A DNA stretch of 64,000 bases from Bilabrum cf. latius. Taxonomy: Eukaryota. The translations under genes and the position numbers were made by a program. The notes beneath the pieces are model-generated. The model searched no databases. It had not been told where the DNA came from and saw nothing but the letters and a program-made list of their open reading frames with translations. Below are positions 12,576 through 24,483 of the stretch, one piece after another; positions within the stretch are counted from its first letter, which is position 1, and every line of letters begins with the position of its first letter. The DNA lies in assembly GCA_965178125.1 (NCBI GenBank), contig OZ237738.1:868001-932000 (forward strand), given 5' to 3'.

Positions 12576-15500
12576 TTACAAGTCATCGGGGCTTTCGTTC
12601 CCGTCGTTGTCGGACCTAGAGCCAGCCTCCTCGCTGCTGCTGCCCTCCAGCGCGCCAAGGCCCGTCCCGGCCACGCCTCTCGCCACCATCTCGTCAATTT
12701 CAGCAACACTGGGAAGCTGCACCATTGCTGACATGAGTCCAGCAGGAGATACAAACAGCGCTTCGCGAGACAGCTTGGCTGCCGGTTGAGGCCCCCTGCG
12801 CGTATTGCGATTGACCACTCCTTCTCCTGCTACAGCATCAAGCCCGAATCTTCGCTGCCGCGGCGCAACGGCGGCCTCCAGGCGCCTTCGGACAGCACCC
12901 CTATGCTTTTGCCCCGCATTTACCAACCTTCTATCGTCACTGCTACCTGCACTTGCCCTTGCTGCCTTTGCACCCGACCGTATGTAGGATGCAGACTGCC
13001 CTGACGTAGGAGGGAGGGCAGCGACTGGACTCGCCCCGGTATCAACATCGCCACCTTCGTCGTCACCCAGGGCGGCTCCACCACTTGCCGCAGCGCTCTG
13101 GGTTACTGCATCGTCCATGAATTGTTCCAGGTTTGCTGAGCCTAGAGTATCTGCTCCTTCGTCACGTAGCACGCCTCCATCGTCCGGGAGGTGCCTTCGA
13201 GCTCGAGCAGCTGCCGACACGCGAGTGTACGCACCATTAGGGTCGCCCTAAGACCTCTCACTCCTCGCTGAAACGCTCATATCGTCCGGTGGAGGCTGTG
13301 AGTGCGCACTTCCGCTGCTGTTCGAGGCCCTCGAGTGAACACTCCGGAGCAAACCAGGGCTGTCTCCTGCCCACGGCGCACTTTCGTTCATGCCAGCTGC
13401 CGATGAAGCAGGCTGCAGCACAGCCCGCTACCCGCCGGTCCAGCCCCTTGTAGTTGGTCGTCGGAGCGAGACGTCATGTCTGCTATCACGCTTCTTCCTG
13501 CGGTCTCGCCTCTCTTCCTCCTCCTCAGCCACCGCCATAATGAAGGCATCCTCCCGAGACATCTGTTCCTACCCGTCTGGAAAGTCCTGCACGGAAATTG
13601 AGTCGGACCCTGCGCCTTCGAAGTCGTCGTCAACGGCGGAGGGGAGCCCCATCCGGCGCTGCTGCAGGACTTGCGCCTGCTTGCCGACAGTCTTGATGCG
13701 GTGCTGTTGGAAGACGGCAGCCATACGATCCGGCTTGGACCGTCGCATGGACGCGTCAATATCATTGCTCGACCTCACGGAAGACACAGACCGCAGTGCG
13801 CCTACCTTGTCTCGCTCTTTATCGTCAATATCGATGCCGAATGATTCTTCCTTCTTCTTCTTTTTGCTGTCTCCAGCAGAATGCATGCTTCCGCTGCTAT
13901 TCTTCCCAGCTGATGACCCAGCCCCGCTGCCTGCGTCTGCTCCGACCTGGAGCGCTGCCTTCACACGGTCTCGCCGATCCACAATTTCAAGATCTCTAGC
14001 GGCACCGAGCTGCACCTCCTCCACCGTACCAAGCACTGCCTGCATCTCTCTTGATATGGTAGGCTGCAGACCCGATCGCAGCCGCGTGCGTACCCTTTCG
14101 ATCGTATAGATTGCCCTGCGGTCGTCCACATGGGTCCCAGACGCGTCAAAGTTGCGGAGCACGCTCTCATCAGGCTGAGCCAAGGGAGACTTTTCTGAGA
14201 AAAGCTGCAGAACTTCTTCTGGTGTGCCCTTGAACATGCGGTCAGCCTGCCGTGCTTCACCAAGTAGGAAAGGATGCCTAGCCAACTGTTGCGCACCGTA
14301 GCGATGCCGCGGATCCACGTCCAACAGGCCCCTGATGAGATCAATCAGCACGAAGGGTAGCGTCGTGGGCAGCTTGCGCCACCTCACGTAGCCATGCCTG
14401 ACGCGGTATAGGAGCTGCGCCTGCGTGCCAGGCTGTAAGGGCAACTCTCCACTCGTGGCACGAAACAATACTGCGCCCAGGGCCCAGTAGTCTGACGCGG
14501 AGCTGCCTCTGTGCTGCAGGCACTCGGGCGCGAGAAAGTGCAGTGTGCCTGCCGGAGCTCCAACAAAGGGTGCGTCCTTGACCCAAATGGAACCTGCATC
14601 ACGGTCGTACCCGCCTTGCAATTCATCGTCCGTGTCTTCAGTTCCACCCGCAGACCCTGCTGTACTGCTCTTCGCGCTTCGCTGCTCTCCGTTCTGCTTC
14701 TAGCCGCGATTCATACCGCCTTGATGATTCTCGAGTTGGACTTGTGCGGCACTGCCCGCTTGCGTAACACTCTTTGGAATGGGCGCCTTGGCATTCGAGT
14801 GTGACCCCACAGTCAGAATCTCTTGATCTTCTTCGTGCAATTCGGTTGGCTGCGAACCTTGTTCGCCATAGCTCCCACTTGTAGTCGCACGGTGACTGGT
14901 TCGCAGCAACGACTTGCGCAAGCTGCTTTCGGTTATCCCTAGCGACTCGGAAGTGGTTCGACTATGTGATGAGCTTTGTTTCCCTCCCGATGCGTCCATG
15001 GAAGGGACATGCCTTGCCCGAGACGCGCTTGCGCCTAATACAAGACCGGTTCGCAGCTGCTGCATTGGCCGCCTCCACCTTGACAGCTGAGCGTCAACAA
15101 GAGTGAGAAAGTACTGCCACGCAGCTGCCCGCATGCGGCTACCCCGCACGATGATCTGGTCCACGCATGTTGTCGTGCTGTATGAATGCAGAACGTGTAC
15201 AGTTAGCTCTCCGGGCAGATTGCATGCATCATACACAGCCTGGCGCGTCTCTGAGGGGCAGCCCGGCGCCAGCACCACCGCGACTTGTGGCAGCAGACAC
15301 CGGAGCATGAAAGCTGTCTCATCGCATAGCACCGCAGAATCTGCACCGCTACCAGAAGATGCAGCAGATTGCACCATTTGAATTGCCTTGGGCTGTAACA
15401 AGCCACCCCCAGCAGCAGCCGCAGCGTCACCTTCTGCGGCTGAAGCTTCTAATACACCGGCGCGACGCGCAACACGCTACCAGGCCGCTTCGCCAAACCG

Positions 15501-18500
15501 CTTACGACTCGGATCCGAAGTAAACTCCGACTACTCGACCATTGCAGCTGGCAGTGTGCGACGCCAGAGCTCCAGGAGCACTGGCATAGGATCGATACCG
15601 CGATTTCGCATCGACCGCAAAACCACCTTGATCCAAGTTACGGTGGGAGATAGGCAGCGCTTTATGACAGCGATGGCTCCGACGGCAGTGGGTACTGCCC
15701 GAATCTTCGGGATGACAATGCTGTCATACAGTACGGGCTCTCTTTGCAAACCGTTTCCGAGACTGGTCAAACTTGCCACAACTGACGTGCTCGCGGTCTT
15801 GGAGCCATCCATGGAGTCCAAGAATGGTCTAAGCTTGCGCTTTCTCCCACTCGCTCCAGCATGTCTCTTTGATTTGGCAAATGCACTCGTGTGCTCTGAG
15901 TTTACTCTCGGAAGCAAGTGCATCAGCTGCGGAGAATCCAGGGTGCGCTACGCGTCCTCGCGCACAATGCGCTTGCCTTGCCGAAGCACAGCTCCAGCCT
16001 CATCCTCTTGTATCTCCACGTATGCGATACAGCACAGTGCAGCCACGGAAAGATCAGGCCTACCCAGCGGGAGCAGCGCCGACTGGCGAGACGGGCGGCA
16101 GAACACTGTTGGACTGGAGCGAACTGTCAGAAGCTTCAGATTCACCGCGCGCTATTGCTTCGATGCCTTCAGTGATTGCTACGTAGCAAGCCCCGATGAT
16201 GAGGTTCCGCGACTCACTGGTCCAACCAATGCCGCGTCCAATGGCATCGGAGGACCATGTCTGGCAGAGCGAGACATTGTTCCCATGGAGCCAGAAGACA
16301 TTATCAGCGAGCCTTCCAACCCAGCGGCTGCTATCACTGGGGGGCCACTCAGCTTTGAGGCTCGCAGATGCTTCGCCACTGCCTTCCACCGGTAGTCACT
16401 GTAATGCAGCGGATCCCAATACTTCAGCTGTGTCACCTATGCATCTCCTGGTGACGATTCACTAGCATGATTCTCCTTCAATGGAATGGTTTGCGCATTC
16501 AAGGGGGCACACAACCGCATTAGTGACCCGACGGACTGTCTGCCCTTCAATTGCTACCATCCCACAGGATGGCCATCGCCTTCTCCGGATCCTTCGGCCC
16601 CGCTCGACGCTACGCTCCAATGCTCGACGGCCAGGCCAAAGTCTATGAGCTTTGCAGCTCCAGTTTGGTCTTCGATGATCACATTGTGGGGTTTGATGTC
16701 TCGATGAAGGACGCCACACTGGTGCATGCTGCGGATTGTCGTAGAAAGCTGCTTGGTGAGAACTCGCACCGCCTCAATGCTGAGCGCTACTTGCTTCCCC
16801 GCGATCATGCTGTGTAGAGTCTCCCCGTGCACCATCTCCATAACCAGGTACAGATGGGTGTGCGTTACGATACAGCCGAGCATGCTGCACACACCGGGCA
16901 GAGTTCGGACCGCGTGCAATGCAGCCACTTCTTGCTGCAACTGGCCGCTGGAGCCACTCTCTAACCGAATCGCCTTCACGGCCACATCCAAACCACTCGC
17001 AATGTGCGTAGCCTGGTAAACCACCCCGAACGACCCTTCTCCTACGACTCGAATGGGCTTAAACTCTGCGATAGAGTTGGGAATTGTGGAGCGCGCCGCC
17101 ATGGGTTGCCACCGCCACTACAGCGGGTGCACATCAGCGTGAAGCTGGGTTTGCGCCTCTAACGACGTATCTAAACGAGCTACAATGAGTCCCCATTGCG
17201 CCTCAGTCGCCGGCTCTTCATTATCACCGAGGTCTGTTTCGGCTTGCGCAAGTCCAAGTCGAATGAACGAAATTTTGTGCCGTAATCCCCGCGTGCGGGT
17301 GGTGAACTGAGCTACCGAAGTCTCCTGGGCGGCATAGTCAAAACATCCGCCGATCTACGCGGTATTCTAAAGGAACCTTTGTGTTCCTCTGGCGGTCAGA
17401 GAACCCGATGAACCTGATGGAGCAATCCGGCTCGTGCGTGCATCACCTTTGTCGGATTCGGGACCTGCTGCCGCGGCTTGTTCTTGACTCGCAGACTCAG
17501 CTGCCAGAATGACAGCTGTAAACACGTTGCTTCGAGACCGACTTGTCTTTCTGACAGATCGACTCTATTCAACACCAGCTTGAACGCGGCCATCTGTTCG
17601 AGCCAGAGCAATGCAGAGAGATTCAACGCCGCATGCTGACATCAGCTCCCTGTGTCTTCTTGCCCACAGCACAGCCTCAGAGCAGGCAACAACAATGCGC
17701 CTGCTCTCTTCCGACAGTTGCGGCATCAAGCCGAACATGATGCCTCTCGCGCTCTCCTCAAGCTGCTCTCTGGTGTCAGGAGAAAGCGAAGATGGGGCCC
17801 TGCCTTCGGCAAACAGGCTCTCGTTGTGATGAAGCATTCGCCATGCCCACTCGTCGAGTGAAATGAAGCCACCATTTGAAGTGGTAGGTGAATAGACAGG
17901 AGCTCTTTCTTCGTCGTTGCTGTCAGTTGTGTCCGTTGACTGCTTGTTTGCAAGCGCAGCAGCCGAGTTTCTGCGGCTGCCTTCGGAGGAATGATCAGCT
18001 AAGTACACGTCAGGGTCCACAAAAGTGATTGCCGTGTCGGCCGAGACATGGCTGCTTCGACTAGTAAGTCTATCCCTCGGTTGACCCCAAAGAGACGCGA
18101 GGATGGCCGGGCAAGCCGCCGCAAGAATGCGGGCTGCTTCCGGCTACAGGACAAGTCCGGGCATCAAGTGAGAATGGTGCAAAAGCCAACTCCCTGAGAG
18201 CTGCACTGCGGAATCAATGGCAGAGCCAACGGCGCCAAACACACGAGGACAGGTGCCATACAAGCCGACGCTAAGATCACCAGTGGCAACTGCAACAGCC
18301 ACATTCGCGCCGAGGTTCGTCTTGGCCATTTCGGCCTGGACCTCGTACGCTGCAGCGGACGCAGCACGAAGGGCAGCAATCGCCACCATCTCTCTGGTTG
18401 ACTGACCTTGCATACTCTTTCTATCGCTAGATGTAAGAGATTCGATACCGAACGCAAGCACAAATCCATTTTCAAGCATTCGCACCCTTCTGCCACCTGT

Positions 18501-21500
18501 CCCGCGGCAAGCTTGCTCTGAGATCTTGCCGAGCTTGCGGAGCATTGAGAACACCACCCTGGGGCCTGCAACGGGAGCGATTCTTCCAAGGGATGACAGT
18601 TGCACCGCCACCACAAATGGTGACCTGGCTGTGATTACCCGATTCAGCGACTTGCCCGTCATGCTCCGAGAAAGCTTATCTCTCACAGAAGCCTATGACA
18701 GCGATGTGTGCCGGGCATACTCGATCAGAGAAGGCGGCAGAATCCGCTTAGCGGCTACTCGAGCCCATCGCGTGGTGACGCGCTGCACCTTGACCGCAAC
18801 TTTTGCTGTTTCCACCGCAATCGTCGTCATCCACGCAATATCAAGCTGGCGAATCGCTGACGAAAAAGCAAAGCAAGCAACGTACAAGCCTCCTAGCGGC
18901 GCGGTGATGTTCTGAACCAAGCTTGCTCCTCCCGACGGGTCGTAACGAGTGCTTGCATCCGATGGTAGCACAGCAGCGCACTGCACCATTGCTTCTCGGA
19001 CGAATGCAGTGCCGCTGATGGCCTCAAAAACTAGTGGTGAATATGTCCCATTGCTGCTCAATAGGCCGCAGACGATGGCAACAAGAATCACAGCCGGAGG
19101 TGATCGTGTGACGTGACCCACGATTGCAGCCAGGTACGCAGAGCATGACAGGACTCCAACGTTATGCAAGACTCCACCTAGATTAAAGCAGACGATTCCA
19201 ACTGCTTGGGTACGTCGCAACACATTGGCCAGGGAAAATCCCAACACTTCAGCCACGAGCAACGCAGATGCTAGCCACAGCGGCATGTCGTGTCCTTTGC
19301 AAACAAAAACAGATCCAACTATCATCATTAGCACCGAAGCTGCTAGCATACCTACGTGTGCGGCAACAATCAAGCCTGCTGGTGCCAGGTCGCTCGTGTC
19401 AACTCCAGGTGCAGCGGCCCGCTCCGCCGCCTGGTTGAGGAGCACTCCTTGCAGGATGTGAACGGCACATCCCCCCAGACAAATGGCGCTAAGGACGACG
19501 TATACAAATGGGGATACTAAAATCGCAGGCTATAACATGTTGGAATCTGCTCTGTCCTGCACAGGCAGCTAGTTTTCGTGAATGGCCGAGTCGCGATCTG
19601 CCACGCTTGCTCCGCGTTGTCTCCACCGCGTCGTGGCCATGTCCTTCAAGCAGCAGCAGCCGTAAAGCTTGAACGGCTTGCGAAGATACTTTGGCAGCCT
19701 AGACGGTGCAATGTAGGACAAAAGCTCAACATCAGTGCTGATGGAAGAGAATTCGTCTGGTATGCGCGACTCGCGCAAAGTCATCTTGGTGATGTGGCGG
19801 TACGTACCAGAAGCGGGGGACACTTCATTAGATTGACCAACCAGACGAGCCATCCACTCAAGTTGATCTTCATCGAGTGCACGTTTGTGGCTCGCCTCGC
19901 TCTGACTGCTGCTGTTGGGGCCTGCGGTACTGCGCAAATCTGGCCGGCGGCCGCTCTAGGCCGCGCTGGCAGGAGAGCCTAAACAGGTGCGAGTTATAAT
20001 GCTCGTCCACCGAATGATCTCTCCGATAGATACTACCCTTCCAGCCAGAGCAGCAACGCGATTTGCGTCAATAACCTCGCTCTTTGAAGCAAACGAGCCG
20101 GGTGCGAGGGAATGGTGTCGAGGTGATCCTGTTGCCGCATGGCCCACTGAGCGCCGCCCAGCAGACGCAAATCCAGCAGCACCAACAGAAGTCTGTTTGT
20201 CTGTAGCCACATCAACCACAGATTTTGTCAGGGAGGGCCGTTTGCCGTGCGTCAGCGAAACGATCTGAGTCTCTGGTGCATATCGCTTCAGCTGGATCGC
20301 CTGGTCGAACCCTGCATACTGCATCCTTTGTGCAGCTAAAGTGCAAGCTTTGATGGACCGAAGAGAGGCTGCTGGCAGTTTCAAACCTCTAGCCTGCTGG
20401 TTCATTTCCTGCAGATCACCGCCCAACGAACTGCTGCCATTCATCCCATCCACGGGTTTGCACGCCACCTAAAGACTACCCAGCATCTGCACCATGCGAT
20501 TCATCGACGCTCTCATCTTCTATGCGGCTTTAAAGTGGAGCGAAATGCAACTGCGCTTTGCCTACTTCGATGCCAATTTCTCTGCCAACGACCGGCCTTC
20601 CCCGACTGCACCCCATTCTTGAGGTGACTGCTGCAACCCAAGCAAGCCAAACACTGCCGTGGACGACGTTGCAATCCCGACGGAGACCGTGCACTCGGGA
20701 TCAGCATTGCGGACTCGTTCTGAAACCGCAGCTGCAAACCGAACTGCCTGTGAAACGCTAAACCCTGTATAAAAGCTGCGACTCAGGCCTCCTTCCTGCT
20801 CTGCAGACTCCGCGGTTGCAGACTGGCTTTCAGTTGATGAGGTGCTGATCGGCATGTCGCACCCCACCACACCAGTCCACACGCTAGAGCGGCTCAAAGC
20901 TCCGACCTTATGGATCAAAGATGATTTTCGCAGCTGCTAGCTGCTCAGGGAGCACAGCTGCTTCTCAGTTGGGCTAAGCGGTGGCGGCTTGGACGCGGAC
21001 GGTGCACTGCTGTACGGACCGCTTTGCTCGTGTGAGCTGTGCAGAATGACTGACCCGAGCCCTCCTTTGCCTAGAACCACGCCAACGCTCTCTAGCATTG
21101 CCGCCTTTCCTGCTTCGATCGGTGACTATTCGATAGGATGCTCCACAGGGAACACCTTTGCAGCCTTGGATCCAATCGATGCCGGGCTCTCCGCTGCGGC
21201 AGATCCCGAGCTTGCGAGCGACCTGGAGCTTGAGGACCCCATGAGTACCCCAGGGAGGCTCGGCGGCACGTCGGGCTTCTTACTAACTGAGGAAACACCC
21301 GCTGGATCCTCGTGCTCGTCGTTGAGAGTCTGCATCACGTCGTCAATCATGTCATGCAGCTCTTCCAGCGAACGCCCCTCGCTGTGCTCACTCTTGTGCT
21401 CACTGTGCTGACCAGTCAGCACGCCTACTGGCGGCCGCGAGCTCGAATGGGACGTCGTGCTCTCGTCGCTCGAGCTCTCTGCCAGACCAAGAACTGCCAC

Positions 21501-22922
21501 GGTCGCTTCGGTCTTTTGGCCTGATGATCCATTCCCCGGGTGGCCGCCAGCGGAATCCCCGACAGGCTGAGGCTGGCCACTGGCATTCAACGAGACGTAC
21601 GGTGAGACCCCAGTCCCAGAGGCAGCTGCGGCTTCTTCTGTTGGAAATGGAGCCACTGATGCGGATACTGACTCGGACACCGGCCCGAAGCTGTTCCGAC
21701 CACCTCGATGGGTCCTGTTTAAATGCACGCACAGAAACACCACATCGTTGCTCTGGAACGCGTCGATGCCTTGCCTCATGCAAGCCTGCGCATACGGCGG
21801 CACCTGGTCACGGACGACCCGCAAGAGCTCAGTCCTGTCCCGGTGGCCGCTTTTGACGACACTGAGCAGCTTGACGCGTTTGTCGTGAGCCAGCACTGCG
21901 GTCTCTGCGGCGCTTCCTGATACCAGGTGGCCCAGCCATTTGTTGCCCAGAACGCTCAGAATGACGACTGCTGCTGCCACCGGTGCGTTTCCTGACAACG
22001 GTGACTCCCACACCGTTCTTTCTGACGCGGGAATGCCCTCCATTGCGAGGCCTCCCTCTCGCTGGGTGACCACCGCAGCGAAGATGAGCAACCATGCAAC
22101 GTAACCCGTCGTACACACAACCTCGATATGGCCCAACATGGAGTGATCAACTTGCGTGAATATGGCGAGGCCACCGGTCATCAATATGAATAGGCCAGCT
22201 CCAGCACCGGGAAATTGCGCTGCATCAAATGCCACAGCTAGCAACGATGTCGACACCCAAACTACTGCCGGAATCACAACGGAGGATAGAAAGCCCAACG
22301 CGGCCATAAATCCCTTCATGGATGCAAGGTTACGCTTTGTGGATTCCATTCCTGAGCTTATTACCACGTCGATACGCTACAGCTCCCCGACTGAAGCACA
22401 AGTGATGCATAATGCAGCTCGAACTATTGACAAACCAGTATGCATGATGCTATGCATGAGGTCAAGTCGTCTAAAACAGCACCCCATGCATGTCTACGAG
22501 ATATATGTGACCGAACTGCCTCCTACAAATTCAGTACCAGTGGGAACTGCCCTCCTACGAATGGTGACAATTTGGACGTCAGCGAGCGTGGCAGAATTCC
22601 AGGCTCGCAAGATTGATGCAACTGCAAAGATTAACACTAGAAGTCCAACGTATACTGTCCTAGCGCTGTTTACCCAGGTAGAAGCATCGATTATGTCGGT
22701 TATAACCCGAGCAGACCCTCGGAGCGTCTAATACACCTCTTGCAGACCAAATGCGAACGCCAGTCCAAGAGCCAAAAGGGCACATATATAATAAAGGGCG
22801 GTAAGGGTAGTATCGCCCGTCTTTTTTTTCATTGTTGTGCAACGGTGGGGTCGCAACGGCAAGCTGCTCTCTGGTTCCGCCAGGTCGCACGGCCACATAG
22901 CTGCGGCGCCATGCCCGCGCAT
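12576..22922 (-). CDS. Multi-pass membrane protein with two degenerate class III nucleotide-cyclase-like domains fused to a Ser/Thr kinase (~3450 aa)
   Basis: Fifteen ORF-track fragments from 22922 to 12576 share one frame, and the gaps I read contain only TAG. Ends TAA. Two TM clusters, cyclase-like segments (VSVGIAT..FGLLG..WGAVGEG; VAVATGDLSVGLYG..FGAVGSAID) and kinase motifs GEGSFG, VAVK, HRDIKPHN, DFG, GTLHFLAPE, DYWALG. The start may be a later ATG such as 22832. Confidence 0.8.
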
Positions 22923-22958
22923 CTAAATCAGAAATCGCCTAGCACTTTTTGCGAAGCA

Positions 22959-24339
22959 ATGGCTGAAGGATAGCCGTAGGCAAATCAACAAAACCCACAA
23001 TGGTATGGCGCTACATAGAACTTGGATAGCCTGCGTGCTAGAGGGCCTTCAACTGCTCTTGTCCGTGCTGCTTTTTGGCACTCTCCGCAGGTTGCAAGGG
23101 TTCATGTCTCGCACCCCGCTTGTGATGCGGTCTGTTCTGGTCGTGTACGGCGTTCTGACGATTATTGGATGGGTGACCTAGATTGGATCACTCTTTGCCA
23201 GCATTCCCTACTACAATGTCTTCTACTTCTAGGTTTACCGAATGATCCTGTCGCCATTCTTCGAGGGGCAGCTTCTATCGTTTGCTTTTGGGATAATGGC
23301 TATGATAACTCAAGGCCCGCAGCTGGAGGGCAAGCACGGAAGCATCGGCGTCAGCATCCTTTTCTTGAGCTTTGCTGCCAGCATCAACGTTGCACTGACT
23401 GTGTTTGCTCTGGTTGGCTCCACGATCTTCGGAAGCTCCATCCTGATGATTTCGTCCCAAGGAGTCTGGCCAATAATGCTTGCGTTCCTGTCGATAGACT
23501 GCGCAACGAACCCGGATGCTCCGAGGCCAATCCTTTGCTTGCCGGTCCGAGTGCCTTCCAAGTTTATTCCTTTCATTCTGGTTGGATTGATGGCCCTGCT
23601 GAGTGGAGGACTGCCATTTGATCTCATATTTGGCGTCCTGCTCGGTTTTGCGTACCAGTTCGGGTATTTGGACCGAATCAAGCCGGGTTTCGAGCAGCTC
23701 AGGCAGCTCGAGGAGGGAAGGCTGGCACCCATCGTGCAGCACCAGGGCTACGTCAGCGTCGATGCCGCAGAAAGCGGGCAAGGGTTCACTGCACAGGCAG
23801 GAGAGTGGTCCAACGAGCAGGCAGACTCCCAGGATCAGGCCGGGCGAGCACAGGGACGGGGCGCCGCGGGTGCAGCCACGCTCGGTTCGCTCGGCGGAGC
23901 AAGTGCTCCTCCAGCCGGCGGAGCCCAGGCCGGCAGAGACCCTGAGGCCAACAACCCGTTCAAGGGCAAGGCACACACCGCTGGAAGCGCCGGGTCATCG
24001 TCGTCCTCTTCAGCGGGTGGTGCGAAGTCCAAGGCCTCTAGGGCAGAGCAGGCCGCCAAGCGGGCCGCCGCAGTGGAGGCCAGGCTCGCTCAGCAAGGCA
24101 ACGCAGGGGCATCAGCGGACGGACGGGTGCCGCTCGGGAGCAGCGCAGATCACGATGCTGACACGACTCGGAACGGAGAATCGGCATCCGCACTGGATTC
24201 CACCGTGGACGGCGAGAGCCTCAGCACCCTCATCAGCATGGGCTACGACGAGGCCAAGGCGAGGACGGCGCTCGCGAATTCAAACGGTGACATCGGCATG
24301 GCTGCGGCCATCCTGACTGAGGCAGAGGACGAGGCATGA
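22959..24339 (+). CDS. Rhomboid-family pseudoprotease with p97-binding motifs and C-terminal UBA; join(22959..23002,23091..24339), ~430 aa
   Basis: MAEG(TAG)P(TAG)ANQQNPQW, then an intron, then F(TAG)VYRMILSPF (QxYR/QxWR motif) and TM helices. No GxS/His dyad. SHP-box-like NPFKGKAHTAG, VIM/VBM-like KRAAAVEARL, UBA (LISMGYDEAKARTALANSNGDIGMAAAIL). Ends TGA. Confidence 0.8.
23003..23090 (+). other. Spliceosomal intron (88 nt)
   Basis: GTATGG donor and CTCTCCGCAG acceptor. The phase-2 join gives TG|G (Trp) and restores the frame. Confidence 0.75.
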
Positions 24340-24483
24340 TCCCTCTGGGGTTGGGTAGCGTACTGCTTTCTGCATGGTGCTTGGGTTTGCAGTACAACAA
24401 CAGTCTGTTGCAATCAATACAAAGTTGATAGTCAATGCAAGTCTCGCGTCTGAGTCCGCCTATTCTACTACTGTACCCCCGGA

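Noticed and set aside
12495-12578. Ciliate-type code with both TAA and TAG as Gln
   Set aside because: I found no in-frame TAA inside the long coding frames, and TAA closes both convergent genes here and the LRR gene at 1220.
15388-16395. 335-aa plus-strand ORF (also 24611-25564 and similar)
   Set aside because: Antisense to the large minus-strand genes. These frames stay open because of codon bias.
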